A stretch of 58,625 bases of DNA, filler included, from Bipalium vagum (GCA_037834085.1; 3 parts of 3 records of this genome joined end to end with filler, not necessarily neighbours in it), one strand, 5' to 3'; positions 27,518-41,959 are shown, numbered from the whole stretch's first letter. A program made the numbers and translations. The notes: generated from the sequence alone by a model not told the origin.

Positions 27518-30096
27518 ATTAAATTGTTATTCTTTTTTTTCTTTTTAAATTAACCGAATAGACACTTACTCGGTTTGACATTTAATTATTTAATTATTAA
27601 TTATTATTATTCGATTTTTCAGCGTGCTAGTATTTGATCTTTCGTTTTATACAAAAACATTTGATTGTAGACATTTTACTGATTGTTGGAAAGATTTTGT
27701 TGTATTTTTATTTTAGCAATAAAGTGTTGTTCATAATTGTTTGATTCATTCAATTGCGTACACGTATAGGAACAAGTGAAGGGGTCAGAAACGTTTCGAG
27801 CTAAGGTTACGACAGGGTTCATAGTGAAATAATATTGTAACAGTAGTGTGTCTGGTAGTTGTGTATCTCCTAGTTATGAGTAATAAAAATCATTGAATCT
27901 CAACGAACAGGCTATGTTACCAAAAACGGCCAGAATTTTCTTTCCAACCTATACAAATCGTACTTCAGTACATGATGAGAAATATCATCTAAATTGAATA
28001 ATTTACCCGAATGTCATTGAATGGGGTGGTATAATATTTATTTTTGTACAATAAACAGAAATATTCTAATTTCAATACGTTGAATTTATTAAAGTTTGTA
28101 CAAAAAATGACAGATTTATTATCATTTTTAACTTCGTCGAATAATTTACCATCTTTGACTAAATATTTATTTAAAAAATTGTTTAAATTAAATTTTGATA
28201 TGAATGAAATATTTTCTGCAAATATCTTTCCGAATTTGAAAAACTATTTTAATCAATTGAAAAAAAAATAAAACCCTTACTTAATATTAAAGATACCAAC
28301 TTTACAAAATATTTAGAAACTGAATATAACTTAATGTAATTTAATGAAATAAAAAAATTATTATTTCCAATACACAACAACAGTTTAAAACTTAACTCAA
28401 CCGTAGATGTGAAATAATAAGGTGCTTAGACCGCTGGTCTACCTTTAACTTAACTTTTCCAAAAATTAAATATCAGCCATTATTCACTGTCAAATGGAAA
28501 ATACAAATTAAAAGCTAAATCAAATCCTCACCATGTCAAACGAATATTTTACGAGGTGCTAGTAGTAATTTTGAAAGTTATAAAACCAAAAAAATAATTA
28601 ATAATATCATTCTAAAACATTAAAATATAACTATTGAATGTCTTGTTGTTTTTTATTATGACAATAAAAATAAACATTGTCTAATTACATCATTTTGGAA
28701 ACATCGAGATACTTTAGAAGGAAAGCGAGTTTTGTGATTTGCCAAATATTTAGACATTTGACATAACTCTGAAATTTTATGCATATTTATTATTTCAGTC
28801 ATCCAATCGTCTTCTCTTCTCTTTCAGACATCGAAATCAAATTTATTAGACATTATTTTTGAAAATAATTTCTTTCTTGCGTGAAAATATTAATCTAAAC
28901 CACATTTTTCGGTTACGACTAATTTTAAAGCAAATAGAATATTATTTTAAAAATAATATAAAATATACAACATTATATATTAATGAGTTGATTGGTTATA
29001 TTAAAAATATTTCGTAAAACTAGTTTTCAATTTCAATAAATTTTAATTGACGATTTTATTTATTTATTTTTTTTATTTAATTCATATTTATAATTATAAA
29101 AAATCATATCCAGTCGATTAATTATAACAAAATTATAAATAAAAATATATTGAGAACAAATCTATTGAAAAACATCTGAGATAAATGTAATCCTCCGTTA
29201 AAACTAGCTAAACCAAGTTGATTTCGAGAAAACAATATTAATTATTGTTAACTTTATAAAAAAGTTATCTGTTCATGAATAACAACGGAAATAAGAAGAC
29301 CTAATCAGCTTCTATACCATACATTTTATCTTTTGTGTTAAAATTTGTTTGTTATTGATTGTAGGTTTACATTTTTTCAGTTCTGTTTGAAATCATCGAA
29401 ATAAAGTCTGAATAATAAAATTTATTCAATAATAGTAAAAGATTTTTTATATTTGTTTTTTATAATATTAAAAAAATTAATATTTTAAACTTTAAATAAT
29501 GTGTAAATTTTAAATATTAATTTAAAAATTAATTAAAAAATTCTTTAAAAAATTTTAATTTGTGTTAAAATTTTCGAAAAATTTATGAAATTAATTTTTG
29601 TCCTAACAATGTTCGATAAAAATTTTGATTATTAAATTTGATCAGCAAATAACAAATGCTGATCAAAATTTTGATACAGATGCACAATAACAGTTTCTCC
29701 TTTTTCTCTTGCTAGATTTATATCAGACTGAGATTCATATTAATAGAACTATTTAGAATTGTTTTTATTTAACTTAAATATAAATTTCAACTTCAAAATT
29801 CAAACTCTTATTTTCAAATTTCACATTAAATTGTTAAAAATAATATATAGCCAGTCTCACGAAAAATTTACATAAACAGCATATTGAATAAATGATGATA
29901 TACCATCTACTTTTAAATATTCCATTCTTTAACTATACTTGGAAGAAATATGAAAATACACTGGTCTCAAAATTTAATTTTATTGTTTAAATCAACATGA
30001 AAATACAATAGAATTATTACTATATAACAATGTTAATGAATATAATTTGAATTACTACAAAAAAGCAAAATACAAAGACACCGAGAATGTAAAATA

Positions 30097-30817
30097 CAGG
30101 GTGTCCCAAAGAGGATTGACATTCTAAATCTTTTATGAGAATTTGTTTAAACAATTTTGAAAATGTTTTTATATTATTTTAATATACATGCATTTCATTT
30201 ATTTATGAAACAAAATGCCTTAAATCTCCAAATTTGATAGTTTTGTTTGTTGACATTGCCATTAAGGCGGAAATGTGCAGTGTTGATAACGGTGATTTTT
30301 TCGAAAATCGATCAACTTTCATTTTTTTAAAAACCAAGATGCGAAAGCCCGGCAGGTTGTATGATCTACTTTGTATGCATGCAAATACAATTCTTTTTTT
30401 CAAGATTTATTGAAAAATTTAAGAGCTTTTGACGACGAATTGAGGTTGAAATGTTTTTGGAAACACTTTCATTGAAAATGGCCATGACTTTATTCGATCG
30501 AGAAGTGCGGATATGGCCAAGGGATTTCTGGTCTTCAACTGTCCTATATAGGTAAAATTTATATAATAAATTTACAAACGCGTAACGAGAAGAAGCATGG
30601 TGGAGACTAAAGATGAAATTGGATTTTCGAACAGCTGCCACTATACATGATCCATTCCCATAGTTATTTTTTATAATCTCTAACCATAGTTTATTGATAA
30701 TTTCTTCATTCTTATAATGTCTGTTTATTAATAATAATTAAACAAAAAGTAAATACTTTGATATTACTGAAAAAATAACAGCCAATTTAAAATGTCAGTT
30801 CTTTTAGGGACACCCTG
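30097..30817 (-). mobile_element. non-autonomous rosa/DD41D-like Tc1/mariner derivative with both TIRs
   Basis: TIRs CAGGGTGTCCCAAAGAGGATTGACATTCTAAAT and (reverse complement) CAGGGTGTCCCTAAAAGAACTGACATTTTAAAT, with TA on the left flank. ORF 30366-30641 (LLYKFYLYRTVEDQKSLGHIRTSRS...ESVSKNISTSIRR) fits the transposase N-terminus; the catalytic domain is deleted. Confidence 0.85.
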
Positions 30818-33800
30818 TTTAATGCAAAATCAACTTATTAACACATCATGAATTTTCCAACTCTTTGTATACTGTTTGATCCCTCACTTCAGTCATTTTG
30901 AATCATATATCAGATCAACTTGTTTTTCACTGTTACTTTTCAACTCTATTATATGAATTTCTATGACACCATTTTGTTGGTTCATGCAAAATGTTATTGT
31001 AAATTCTAACTTTAATTCTTGGGTAAACAACGTAAAATAGTTCAACTGTACATGTATAGACTATTAATTCCAATGCTTTAAATTTACTGATAATTTTGAT
31101 TAATACCGTAAAACGTTATTATACAAAAATAACATTCAAGAAACAATAAAAATTTATTACATATAAAAATTAACTATTTTAACCATATCTTTGGTTTTTA
31201 ATAGTGTTCAGTTAGACAAGGGCACATCCCTAATATAGTAAAGATTTGATAAGTCCAAAATTAAGAACTGATTTTAGCATTATTAAAGTAAAACAGGAAT
31301 TGCCGTTCGCTGATCAGAAAAATTGCTCAACGATGGAGTAGTCGGCTGGCCAATATTAAAATGGAACCTCAACGGGGAAATTTTCAGAATACAGTTTGAA
31401 ATAAATTCTATTGATTAATTCTTATTTAATTATTTGTAAGTCGAATATGTTTTATGTCAAAAGAACCTGGATTGGTCAATTGCAAGAATCCATTTGTTTA
31501 AGTTGTTCAGTCGTTAAGCGAACCGGTTTGGCTTAGCGAACGATCCAAAAACTCATGAAATTTTTTGTTCTTTTCCTTTTCTTCTATTAATAAAATTTAT
31601 ACTACTTATTATTTGTTCATAATTTCTAAAAATTTATAGATAAATTGATTTTTAAATTCATTGAATATTTAATTGATCTTTTCACCTATATCTGGTATTT
31701 GTACCATTATCATTTTATTAATTTTATAATTATTATTATTAATCACTTTATTAATTTTGATCACATGTGCTCAGTGTAATATCGGAAGTTTTTTGGTTGA
31801 CAATTGATTTATCACTGCATTATTATAAAACAAAAAACTTATTGACATAAGTGATTGAATCAGTAAAAATCAAGAGAAACAAGTTAAATAGTTTATACTA
31901 TATAAATGTAACAATAGTTTTCTGAGCTAGTACCACACTATAATAATAGTTGTTACTAAAAACTAATATTTTTGGATAAAGTTTGAATTTATTGTTTATC
32001 AGGAATACTGAGTTCTTAATATTTTTATCATTCATCCAATAATAATTTTTATCCAATAAATTTGTGTCAATAATAACAACTCTACAAAGTTCTTATTCGC
32101 TTTGTTAAAAACATTAAAGTTCACATTAATTCAACATGTTATCGTTAGATTAGAATGCCTACATTTTAATTATTCTTTTAGATTTTTGTTATTGATTTAA
32201 ACAAAAATTCTAATACTATTATAAAAACTAACGAGATCCTTAGATTTCTTTTAAGCTTATTTAAAATAATGAATCAGTTTTTTTAGAAAATTTAATTTAT
32301 TATGAAAAAAAAATGAGTTGAAATTATAAATATCGACGTTTTGATTTGAATTTTAAAATTAAATCGATAATTCATAAATATTTTTTTAATAAAATAAGTT
32401 TCTAAACACTTAACAAAGTGAATTATAATTATGAAATTATGTTTAATTTAAAATATTTGACTATTTTCAATGAAAATTTAACGTTTCCAGATTATACATA
32501 ACTATATTGAATTTCCCCCCGAAAATTAAGTAATAAATACTTTAAAAATTCTCAACATCGTTTTGGCAATATATTTTACAGAGAAAATATTAAAAATTAA
32601 AATTAACCACGTATAATTTGTATTTATAATATATTTAGAAATAATAATTGAAAAAATAATTTAAAATAAAATATTTTAAAAACTTTTGAATTTATGCTAA
32701 ATGTTTTTCTAAAGACTTGTGATTAATATAGAATATTTCATTATCAAGATGGATATTTCATTAATCACTTATAGAGAAAAGATAGAAATTTAATTAAATA
32801 AAAAATCATTCTTAGGCGTGTATGTTCTCTATCATAAATAAATTGAAGCAGATTCAATATGAGTTTCCCGGATTTACTAAAATATAACTCAAACAATCAA
32901 CCGATTAATTTAATTTCAAAATTCAAAATATTAACAAAAGATAATTCAACTTACATGACTACACTCAAATTGTCATAAGTAAATCCATTTGATATTATTA
33001 TCATAAGCAGGTTTTGAGAAAATAAATATTATGATTATTTAATTTTATTTCTTATTGACTATATAAAAAAATATTTTTTGCTCAAATATTACTCGAAAAC
33101 ATATCAGAATTTCTTATTATGCATATCCGTAAAGGTTTGAAATAATGTGTGTAATTACAGAAATTGACAACATTGTTAATTCAAAGGTATGTATGTCCGA
33201 ATGAGTGTGTATTACAACTGATTTTAATATTTAAGTGTGTGTGTGGGAGTCGAGGAAAGAAAAATGTTAAGTGAATTGTGTTTCGTCAGTCAATGTGTTC
33301 CAATTTCTGAAATGCAGAATTATTTTTCAATTGAAATTTGTATAACTATTTTGCAATTTTTATTTTCTACCTCAAAGTATATCGTTTTTGATCATCTATA
33401 ATTTATAATTATTCTCTAATCATTTTTCAATATTTTATATTATTTATTTTTGTCCCATTTAATATTAACATTTTCGCTCTATATTAGGCAAATGATTATT
33501 TGGTCTTAGTCAAATTAAAAGAAATCTTTTAAATTATATTTAGTTGAATAGCTAATTTGAGGATAATATTGGATGTAAAATGATGTTTTTGTTCTTTTTC
33601 CAGAGAAATTAAATAGTTACAAAGGAAGCAAATGAAATATTTATTACTGTTAAATAAATAAATATTGGATTCACCAATAATCTTTATTGAAATTAATCTG
33701 ATGAATATTTTGGTAAAGTCTATTTTTGGAAAGTAATGACCTGCGTCATTAAAAAAAAATTAATTTAAACACAGTGATGGAAAAAGTATTCTTATACATC

Positions 33801-34879
33801 AACTTTTAGAATTAAACATTTAAATTATCAAAATCTGTTCAATTTTGGAATAATAGAACTTTTAAAAAATAGAAAAAAGAGCTTTCATAAAAATTATAAA
33901 AACACTTGATTTCATTTCTTAGAATAGTTCAAGCTATAATTAATAATAATAGACAACATAAAAGTGTTAGTTACCATTTCTGTATCGAAAATCTAATTTC
34001 TTTTCTAAAGTTAAAAGTATACGAATACTTATTTCTAATGAAATTTATCACTTTAAAAATTTTGTTGAATTTCGATTTCACTGCAGGTCTTTGTCAAGGT
34101 TAATTTAATATTTATGAATTTAATATTTCTTATGTTATATAGTGTTTTTTAGAATCCAGAATTAGAGTGATTATCTAATTATCGGGTCGTTTTTTGGGAG
34201 CGTAGCGACCTTAATAACAGTAACTTTCGTTAAATTTAAATAATATACTACAAAGCTAAAAAATAATATTACTTTGAGATTAAATTAATCATTTAAAAAA
34301 AATAAGATGCTCCATCTAAATGAATGAAATCGACAAATTTTTATAAAAGATATTTGCAATAAAATTTTTTTGTTTTTTATTTATTTTTTGTTGCTTTTTT
34401 ATTGATTTAAGTGAAGAACTAGGAAGTCCGAATGAAAAAGTGTTGTCTGAAAAAGTGAAGAGTATAAATATTCCTGTCCATCATTGTATAAGACGTTTCA
34501 AAATAGATTTAGTTAAATTTCATCTAATGAATTTTCTTTTAAAAATCTAATTAAAATAAAAATATAAAAATACATAAATAATATAAATAAATAATATGCA
34601 TATAATAATAAATAATATAAAATTCACTTTGAAATAGTTTTACTGAAAAATGTTACAATCTTGATTGTACGAATATAATCCTATTTAGGGCTTTTTAATT
34701 AATTAGTGGATATCTATAATAACTTAAAGTTGATGAAAAGAAAATTAAATCGTTGGTAAAGCAAATGTCTCACATGTATTCAGGCCTTTAATTAATGACT
34801 AGTACTCATTTTTTGTAATATTTTAATATAGCTTTTATATTATATGAACAAGTTATACAATCAATCTACTTATTTGTTA

Positions 34880-35280
34880 CAGTCAAACCTCTTTAAAACG
34901 TCACCCGGGACTAGGATTTTATAACGTTATAAGAAGGTTTCACGTTATTGAGAGGTAACAATATGTTATGAAAAATTTTATTTATGTAATTTTATGGTGC
35001 CATGTAGTGGTTTGACGTTATAAAGAGATAAATTTTTTAAAGTTGTAAAATGACTTATTTAATTAAAAAAAGCCCTGTATTTAACAAATAAATATATTGA
35101 TAAATAGAATAATACAAATAAAAAATATATTTCAAATCTTTATTTCATACTCAAAAAAATTAGTTTATCTCCATTTTTTAACGGTACTTAGCAACAGTAT
35201 CATCAAGTTGATCATAAAAATTTAATGCATTAGGATCATTCTTGCTATTCTCTATAAAGCTTCTAAAAATTTTCCATTTT
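34880..35280 (-). mobile_element. Tigger-like element end
   Basis: Terminus TA-CAGTCAAACCTC with repeated ACGTTAT subterminal motifs; the minus strand carries a degenerate C-terminal tail. Confidence 0.5.
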
Positions 35281-36116
35281 ATGTTTATAAAGAATATTTT
35301 AATTGCAATAAATTTCCTTTATGGATATAGGACATAAACACCGGCCTAATAATATATAAGGGGCTTGGAGAAGAATTTAAATTTCAGCTTGTATAAAATA
35401 GATCCAAGTACAATACGAGTCAATACAAACATAAAGCACATAAGGTATAATTTTTATTACCTTGTATTTTATTAAATTTATTTAGAACCAAAACAGTTTG
35501 TTTTTACTCACTTTTGTACTTTTCTAGCGAGTTTCATGTTTCATTAACTTTTTTATTTCAATATTGTGAAAGTTGAAGAAATATAGTTTAGAACAATCGA
35601 TTAAGGAAGAAAATAAAACAATAATTAATTCCTAAAAATCTTTCAAAAATAATTTCCTATTTATGAAAAATTTTTTATCTGATTAATAGTTAATCCTGTT
35701 AAAATTCTGTTTGTAGTAATTCCTAATAATTTGAAGAAATATCAAATTTCTATTTGAAAATATTATTTCATTGTTTAAAAATTACTAATTTCAACAGCTT
35801 TCAATCTTATCGTTAGAAATAATAATTGTTAAATGTCTTTTTTTTGAATGATTTCCTTAATTAAAATTTAAATCTAAGTTGAGTGACCTGAATTATTTAA
35901 AGTAACATTAAGATATACACATTAAAATAATTTTTTTTCCAATAAAATAATCATTAGTGATTTAAATTTTGAAAATCATGACGAAGTCAAAATTATTCAT
36001 AAATTATCATATTTTATTTTAAACTATTTGTATGTATATTTGTTTAAATATATTATTATTATATTTTCTTTAATAGACATAATTTTTAATAGTGATTCCA
36101 ATGTAGTATATATCTA

Positions 36117-36323
36117 ATGTATTCATTTAATTGTGGTCTTGTAGTTGGAGCAAATGTAGATATTCAGAGGACAGATGGTTCAATATTTAATATTAGTAAT
36201 TAATTATTTGTATAATTTAAATATGCAGGCAGAATACATTCAGCAATTGTAAGTCAAATAAATAAAGAATCTAATACAATTACAGTAGAATGGTTTGAGA
36301 AAGGTGAAGCTAAAGGAAAAGAA
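36117..36323 (+). CDS. KIF2A: kinesin-13 (KIF2A/KIF2C-like), first two coding exons, partial
   Basis: Exons 36117-36177 and 36229-36323 (51-nt GT-AG intron) give MYSFNCGLVVGANVDIQRTDGRIHSAIVSQINKESNTITVEWFEKGEAKGKE. This matches the KIF2 N-terminal motif VEIKRSDGRIH...VTVEWxExGxTKGKE. The rest is cut by the scaffold end; absent from the ORF track. Confidence 0.9.
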
Positions 36324-36950
36324 GTATGTAAAAAATATATTTTATAATTGAATATAATATCTTATATGGACTTTCATAGTGTTAAAATTTAATGAAAATT
36401 TATCTAAAATATTTAAATCTTTTTTTAATTATTTCAACTTCGTTTGAAACTAAAATTTTTCGGAAACTGAAAGTTCTTCGGTTTCAGTTCATTGCCCTTT
36501 TCCAAAATCTAATTATTAAAATTTTTAGAAATGGAAATGTAAAATCACCATGTTGAATATTTTAGTAAAACTTGAAACCACTTTAAGTTTTAATCGATAA
36601 ATATAATTATTTACAAATTTAATGAGTTGCTTTCGAAGAAAAATTAATTGAATACTTTTATGAATCCATGTAATTCTTAATTAATTATTAATTTTTCCTA
36701 TAACAAGATCTTATTTTTATTATTGTAAATTTTGGTAGTTTTTTGTTATTTACCGATAACTGATAGGGCGATTGTGTAGATTTGAACTTTTTATTATTTT
36801 AAAAAAAACACTGAAAATAGTTTCGCACTTTTTATTATTTTATAAACAAATATACTTTATTATAACTTTTTTTACAATTAATCAAAGCTAATAATCAGAA
36901 AAATAATGTCTTATCCAGTAAAGTATGTTACCGAAGACATTCTCTTTAAA

Positions 36951-37050
36951 NNNNNNNNNNNNNNNNNNNNNNNNNNNNNNNNNNNNNNNNNNNNTTAATT
37001 AATTAANNNNNNNNNNNNNNNNNNNNNNNNNNNNNNNNNNNNNNNNNNNN
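36951..37050. other. artificial scaffold-joining linker N44-TTAATTAATTAA-N44
   Basis: Same 100-bp structure as 21300-21399. Confidence 0.95.
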
Positions 37051-38633
37051 GTTTTTTGAAAAAGTAGTCAAAACTGACTCCTTGGATGTTATAGGTATAT
37101 AATTTCCTCGGATGTTCTAGTGTTAAGTTTAAGAGAACTCCTAAGAACGAGGTATTTCAAATCTCAGTAGAAGATGGAAAAAGTTCATGAAACCTTTGAT
37201 TATTAAATCACATAATCTATTGAAATGAGTCGGTTTTTTTAATATTGTCACAGTTCATTTGGTAAAATTTTGTTCATTTCAATTTTTTCAACTGCAATAT
37301 CGATTTGCACCATTACTTAAAGTGCTACTTCACATTTAACAAGTTACATGAGTAATTATCCGACAGCTTCCATGAAAAAAGATTTTTTCTATATAACTAG
37401 AACTGATTTCCTTTTGATTTTTGTTGGCGCCGTATTTGCTTGAAAATTTATTTCTTGATTAGTTTCCTTGATTTTTATTTACTAATATAAAATTTTTTAC
37501 AAATATAAGAATTTGCCAAACCACTGCACAGTCCATATAATACAACGCATATGATGGATTCTATTCGATATAGATGCAACATTTTGTTTTAAATGATTTC
37601 AAGGTAATATTAATTTTTAGCTTTACTTTTGTAAATATATAGTATAAAATGCTGCGCAAATGAAAAAATCATCCTGAAATCTGGATTATAAAAAATTGTA
37701 TAACATAAGAAATATCCAATTCATAAATATTACATCAACCTTGACATAAGAGCTGCAGTGATATCGATGTTCAATCCATATGATTATAAAAATAGTTGTA
37801 TTAGGCTGTAATCACAACAAGTTTATACTAGAATTTAATTGTAATAAAGGATTTATTCTTTTTTTTTTAGAGAATACTCATTATTTGATAATGGTTTGAA
37901 CCTATAGGCGTAATAATTCCGACCTAGTACACAACCCAGGGATACACAGCAAACTGCTGTGTGAAAGATAATTTGATATTTTTATTTAATCATCTTTACT
38001 TATTTTTAGTATTCGTTCCATTATAAATTAATCATCAACAAATTTATTCCTTATTTGATTATTAAACGCTGATTCAAGTATTTGTTGAACCTGGTTGAAT
38101 CTGTCAATCTTGATAACCATTTTTTATTTAAATATTTAACTATTTGTTAGTTACCTTTGACTCGATTATTATTGTGATTCGATATGAAGTTACATTGTGA
38201 ATTCCTTTTGTATGAAGTTTTGGGATTATTTTGATTCATTTGTTTAAGGATAAGTTAATAACATTAAGTCAATAAGGCTTGAGGTGATGTTATGAAACAT
38301 AACAATATAATATTATCTGGATATGACTTCTTTAAATCAAGCACATTTATCGGTATTTCGCATTTGTTAGACTCCTTTCCTAAAGAAAGACTAAAAACCT
38401 GCATTCTACAATTTAGAATGGACAATTTTAAATTAACTTTTTATATACTCTGTTTTTAGTTAAAAATTTTCATTGTTTATTTATTATTGTTATTCTGCAA
38501 TAAAAAAACATTTTAATGGATAAATTCCCCAAGAATATTTGACCAATCACACACTCTCGACCTTTAGCAGAATTATCTTACCACTCATAAATTTCATCAT
38601 TATATTAAATCTTCACAACACAAGAACTAGATT

Positions 38634-41600
38634 TTAATGCTTCAATTCTATTAGACCACTATAATCGGTAATCGATTGCAAAGAGTTTCCAGTCGCGACC
38701 TGTACATCATTGTTTAAGTCTAAAATCCATTGCCGACAACAAATCTGAACGTCCTTTACAAATTTACAGAATTCCAGCGATGTCGATTCTTGCAAAATGA
38801 CTTTCGATACACCGGTGTCAATGTCAAGCTCTACAAGATAAGACACTCTGCGAGACTCATCCATTACATGGACGAGTAGTGTTTTGCGGAATGACAGCTT
38901 GCCAGTTGCCATTCCAAGACAATGTATGACAACCTCAGATTGCATGTCCGGAAACCAAGATCCACTCTAAAATCAATATCTTTATCTTAAAATTTTAATA
39001 AGAATATCGACGGTCTCAAATAAACAATTATATAAAATTAAAGACTTGGAAATTTGTAAAATAATAATAATTACTTAATGTTCCATTTCGTGTTTAAAAT
39101 AAACAATAAATTTACTCGGTTAAAAGTGCAATAATAATTTTATTTAGGTCAAAATTGCTAAAACAATTAAATATCTTGTTGAAAACTAAAGATAATGATG
39201 TATGATAAGAAACTATATTCCTAATACAAAAAAATTAAGAATAAATATAAAATAACAATAAATAATATTATTAATTATAATATTAATAAATAAAATATAA
39301 CTAAGCTAATAGTCAAAATAAAATAGTAATAATAATAGTGATTGAAGGTGATAGTGATATGACCAATAATAATAATAGTCGATGATAATAATAAAAAATG
39401 ATAAAAATTGAAATTGTGGTGAAATTGAATTCTGATGAAAATCGAACACACTGGAAAGAAGAATTTATCAGATCAAAAATGATTATTAAAAAAATAACTC
39501 TTCAGTGACTATTTGTAAAGTTTATTTTTCATTCAGTAGTAATCGAATGAATTGATAGGATGTTTGCTAATATGTATTTCTTTTTATTTGTGGTCTCATA
39601 GCGACCGAACCAAAAGAAAATCATTGGAGTCCAAGAGAAATAATAGACAGTTTGAGTACCATGGGTAAAAATAAAATTTAGGTAATATTCTTTCGAATAT
39701 TATCATTTAATTTTAATTAAAAATTTATGAAGCGTAGAAATCGAAATCTGGTGAGTTCTATTTTAAAAAAGAGCGCTCTGAAAATTTCCTTTGTGGAAAT
39801 TGTTTTTTCATTTTTATGAAATAAAATTTTATTACCATTTATAAAAGTTATAAAGTAATTATAAGCTTCATGCAAAATAATTTTATTAAATTACTAATTT
39901 TTATATTTTAATGATTATTTTTTATAATTACTATAAAGTATTATTTTCTATTATATAATAATTATTATTATATCATTCTTTTCTGCTTTGCATTTATATT
40001 GCAACTATAACATATTTTTTTAAAGAACCAATGATTCTCAAATATCATGCATTACAAACCTGTGACCTCAAGAGAATGAATTTATGAGAATGGGTTATCC
40101 TCAGACTCTCGGTACCTAAAATCTTATATTTTATTTATTGACATAACCATTCAAGGGAAAAGCAATTTATCTCCCATAATTTATATATTCTCTTTTGTTA
40201 AATAAAGAAACACTTCTTTCGGTAACAGAATTTGAAAATTTTTATTTTTTGCTCTATCGTATATTTTTTCATATTAAATTCCCAAGAATTAAAGTTAATA
40301 AATCTCTTTGTTATTCAATTTCTAAATAGGAAAGTGACTTATGGGTCTTCCTGTGATAAAAGGTCTAAATAAATTTTAAACTAAAAATAGAATCACAAAA
40401 CAAATTATTTTTCGAACAGACAATTGCCTAAATTAAAATAAAATCTAAAACTTACCGATGAGAATTTTAAAAACCCAAAACACTCACTTTCAAAATTCCG
40501 CAAAATAACGAAATTATTCAGAAATGAAAAACCCAGTCTAATAATATTCGACCATTAATGAATACGAATAAAAAAAATCAATAAAAATATATCGATTAAA
40601 GTCGGCAATTTTTAAATTGAAAATGAAATTAAAGAAAAATTGAAAATTTACATTTATGACCAATTCTTCCGTCACAATTGTCGCCAATTTTGTCGTCTCT
40701 ATCGTCGCTCCGGCACCGTCTGTGACCCACTGGTAACTATTACTGCCATCGGCATTGGACGAGCCCAAGATCTCGCCATGAATCGAGTCGTAGTCAAAGT
40801 TGGCAAATGAGGAATTGTGCTTGCAAAGTATCTGAATACGGAGAATTGGAAATCACTTTTTCTCAATGGAAACCGAGGAAATTTTTCTCAATCAAGAAAA
40901 TCGATCACGAAACCTTACCAGGCTCTGATATGAGGCCCCAATATCGTTGAGGAACGATTTTTTGTTACACGGTCGACAAGTCAACACCGATTCACGTTCC
41001 ATCAACAAAACTCGGTTGAATTTAGTGGAATTAATTGGCGTTTTCTGGGAAACAGTGTGAGATCGATTGATAATTTCTTCCGGAAGTTCTTGGTGACAAT
41101 TGCATTCGCATTGGTTATCGTTAACAATAGTCACGGTCGATTTTGTCAGACACAGTTGGCATTTGTCTTGAATAGACGATCGCAACGGTCTCAAGCGAGC
41201 CTGTCGACATTTCTCATTGATATCCACATTGTCAAAGAAACAACTGCACTCGTTTTCGATAATTTTATTGTTGAACAGCGAAACGGAAAATGGAAACATG
41301 GATTTCGGATATTTACAATGTTGAACGCAATGGAGATTGTCGACAAATTGCATTGTGATAAAACGAATGTTGCATTCACAATCGCCGATAACAATGACCA
41401 ATGTCTGGTCCTGGTGGTAGATTGTGATGACCTGGTGAAACTTGTCCGTGTAATTTAATTGGGAAAGTGGCAACTGATAGGACTGCTTAGCAATCAAACC
41501 GTGTCGGTCACATGATTTTGATTGGCATTTCGAACAATGGAGTCGAGGTAAATTGCCAAATAAAATCACCAGAATTTCACAGTCCATTTCAGTGATGAGG

Positions 41601-41959
41601 AAAACAAAGAGGTCCGGATTGACAACATTCTGGTAGAAGTGAATGTGAATAAGGGACTGTTGAAATTGTCCCAGGTGGATTTGGTGGAACACTGTCATCG
41701 GGCTTCCATTCAATGGAGTTGTATTGAAATTCAGATAGAGATTGGAATAAGAATGAATGTAAAAATTTTCCGTGTCCAATTGTTCAGATGTCACGCTGAT
41801 TATGAATTCACAATTGATAGTTAAACCCAAGAATATATCATTCAAACGGGTATCGTGCAATTTATCAGATAGAGAAAAGGAATAGAGAGGTTTATTCAGT
41901 TTCATATTTCCAGAATGTTCTCTTTTATAAAGCGAATATAACAAATTATATTTCTTCAT
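38634..41959 (-). CDS. DCAF15: DCAF15-like (DDB1- and CUL4-associated factor 15), divergent
   Basis: Exon 41959-40919 (ATG, 347 codons, GTAAG donor), exon 40831 to about 40650, probable small exon(s) including 40115-40060, and last exon 38966-38634 (TAA). Colinear motifs versus remembered human DCAF15: IFLGLTINCEFIISVTS/IFLGFSKCGRYVLSYTS; PRLHCSKCQ..CDRHGLIAKQSYQ/PGRCAACQ..CLRHGFMLHTKYQ; WVTDGAG/VVTDLRG; LDIDTGVSKVI/WDLNTGIFETV; TGNSLQSITD/KGCSLKVLAD. Internal exon structure unresolved. Confidence 0.72.

Noticed and set aside
38150-38400. Exon-like minus-strand frame interrupted by two TAA codons, suggesting stop-codon reassignment
   Set aside because: Long exons on the same scaffold (347 and about 200 codons) contain no in-frame TAA/TAG, and DCAF15 ends in TAA at the expected position. 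More likely UTR or decayed sequence.
39602-39664. Exon-like AG..GT segment on the + strand inside a DCAF15 intron
   Set aside because: No coherent gene model or homology; chance splice-like sites are common.
41057-41824. Plus-strand ORFs 41057-41458 and 41639-41824
   Set aside because: Antisense shadows of the DCAF15-like exon.
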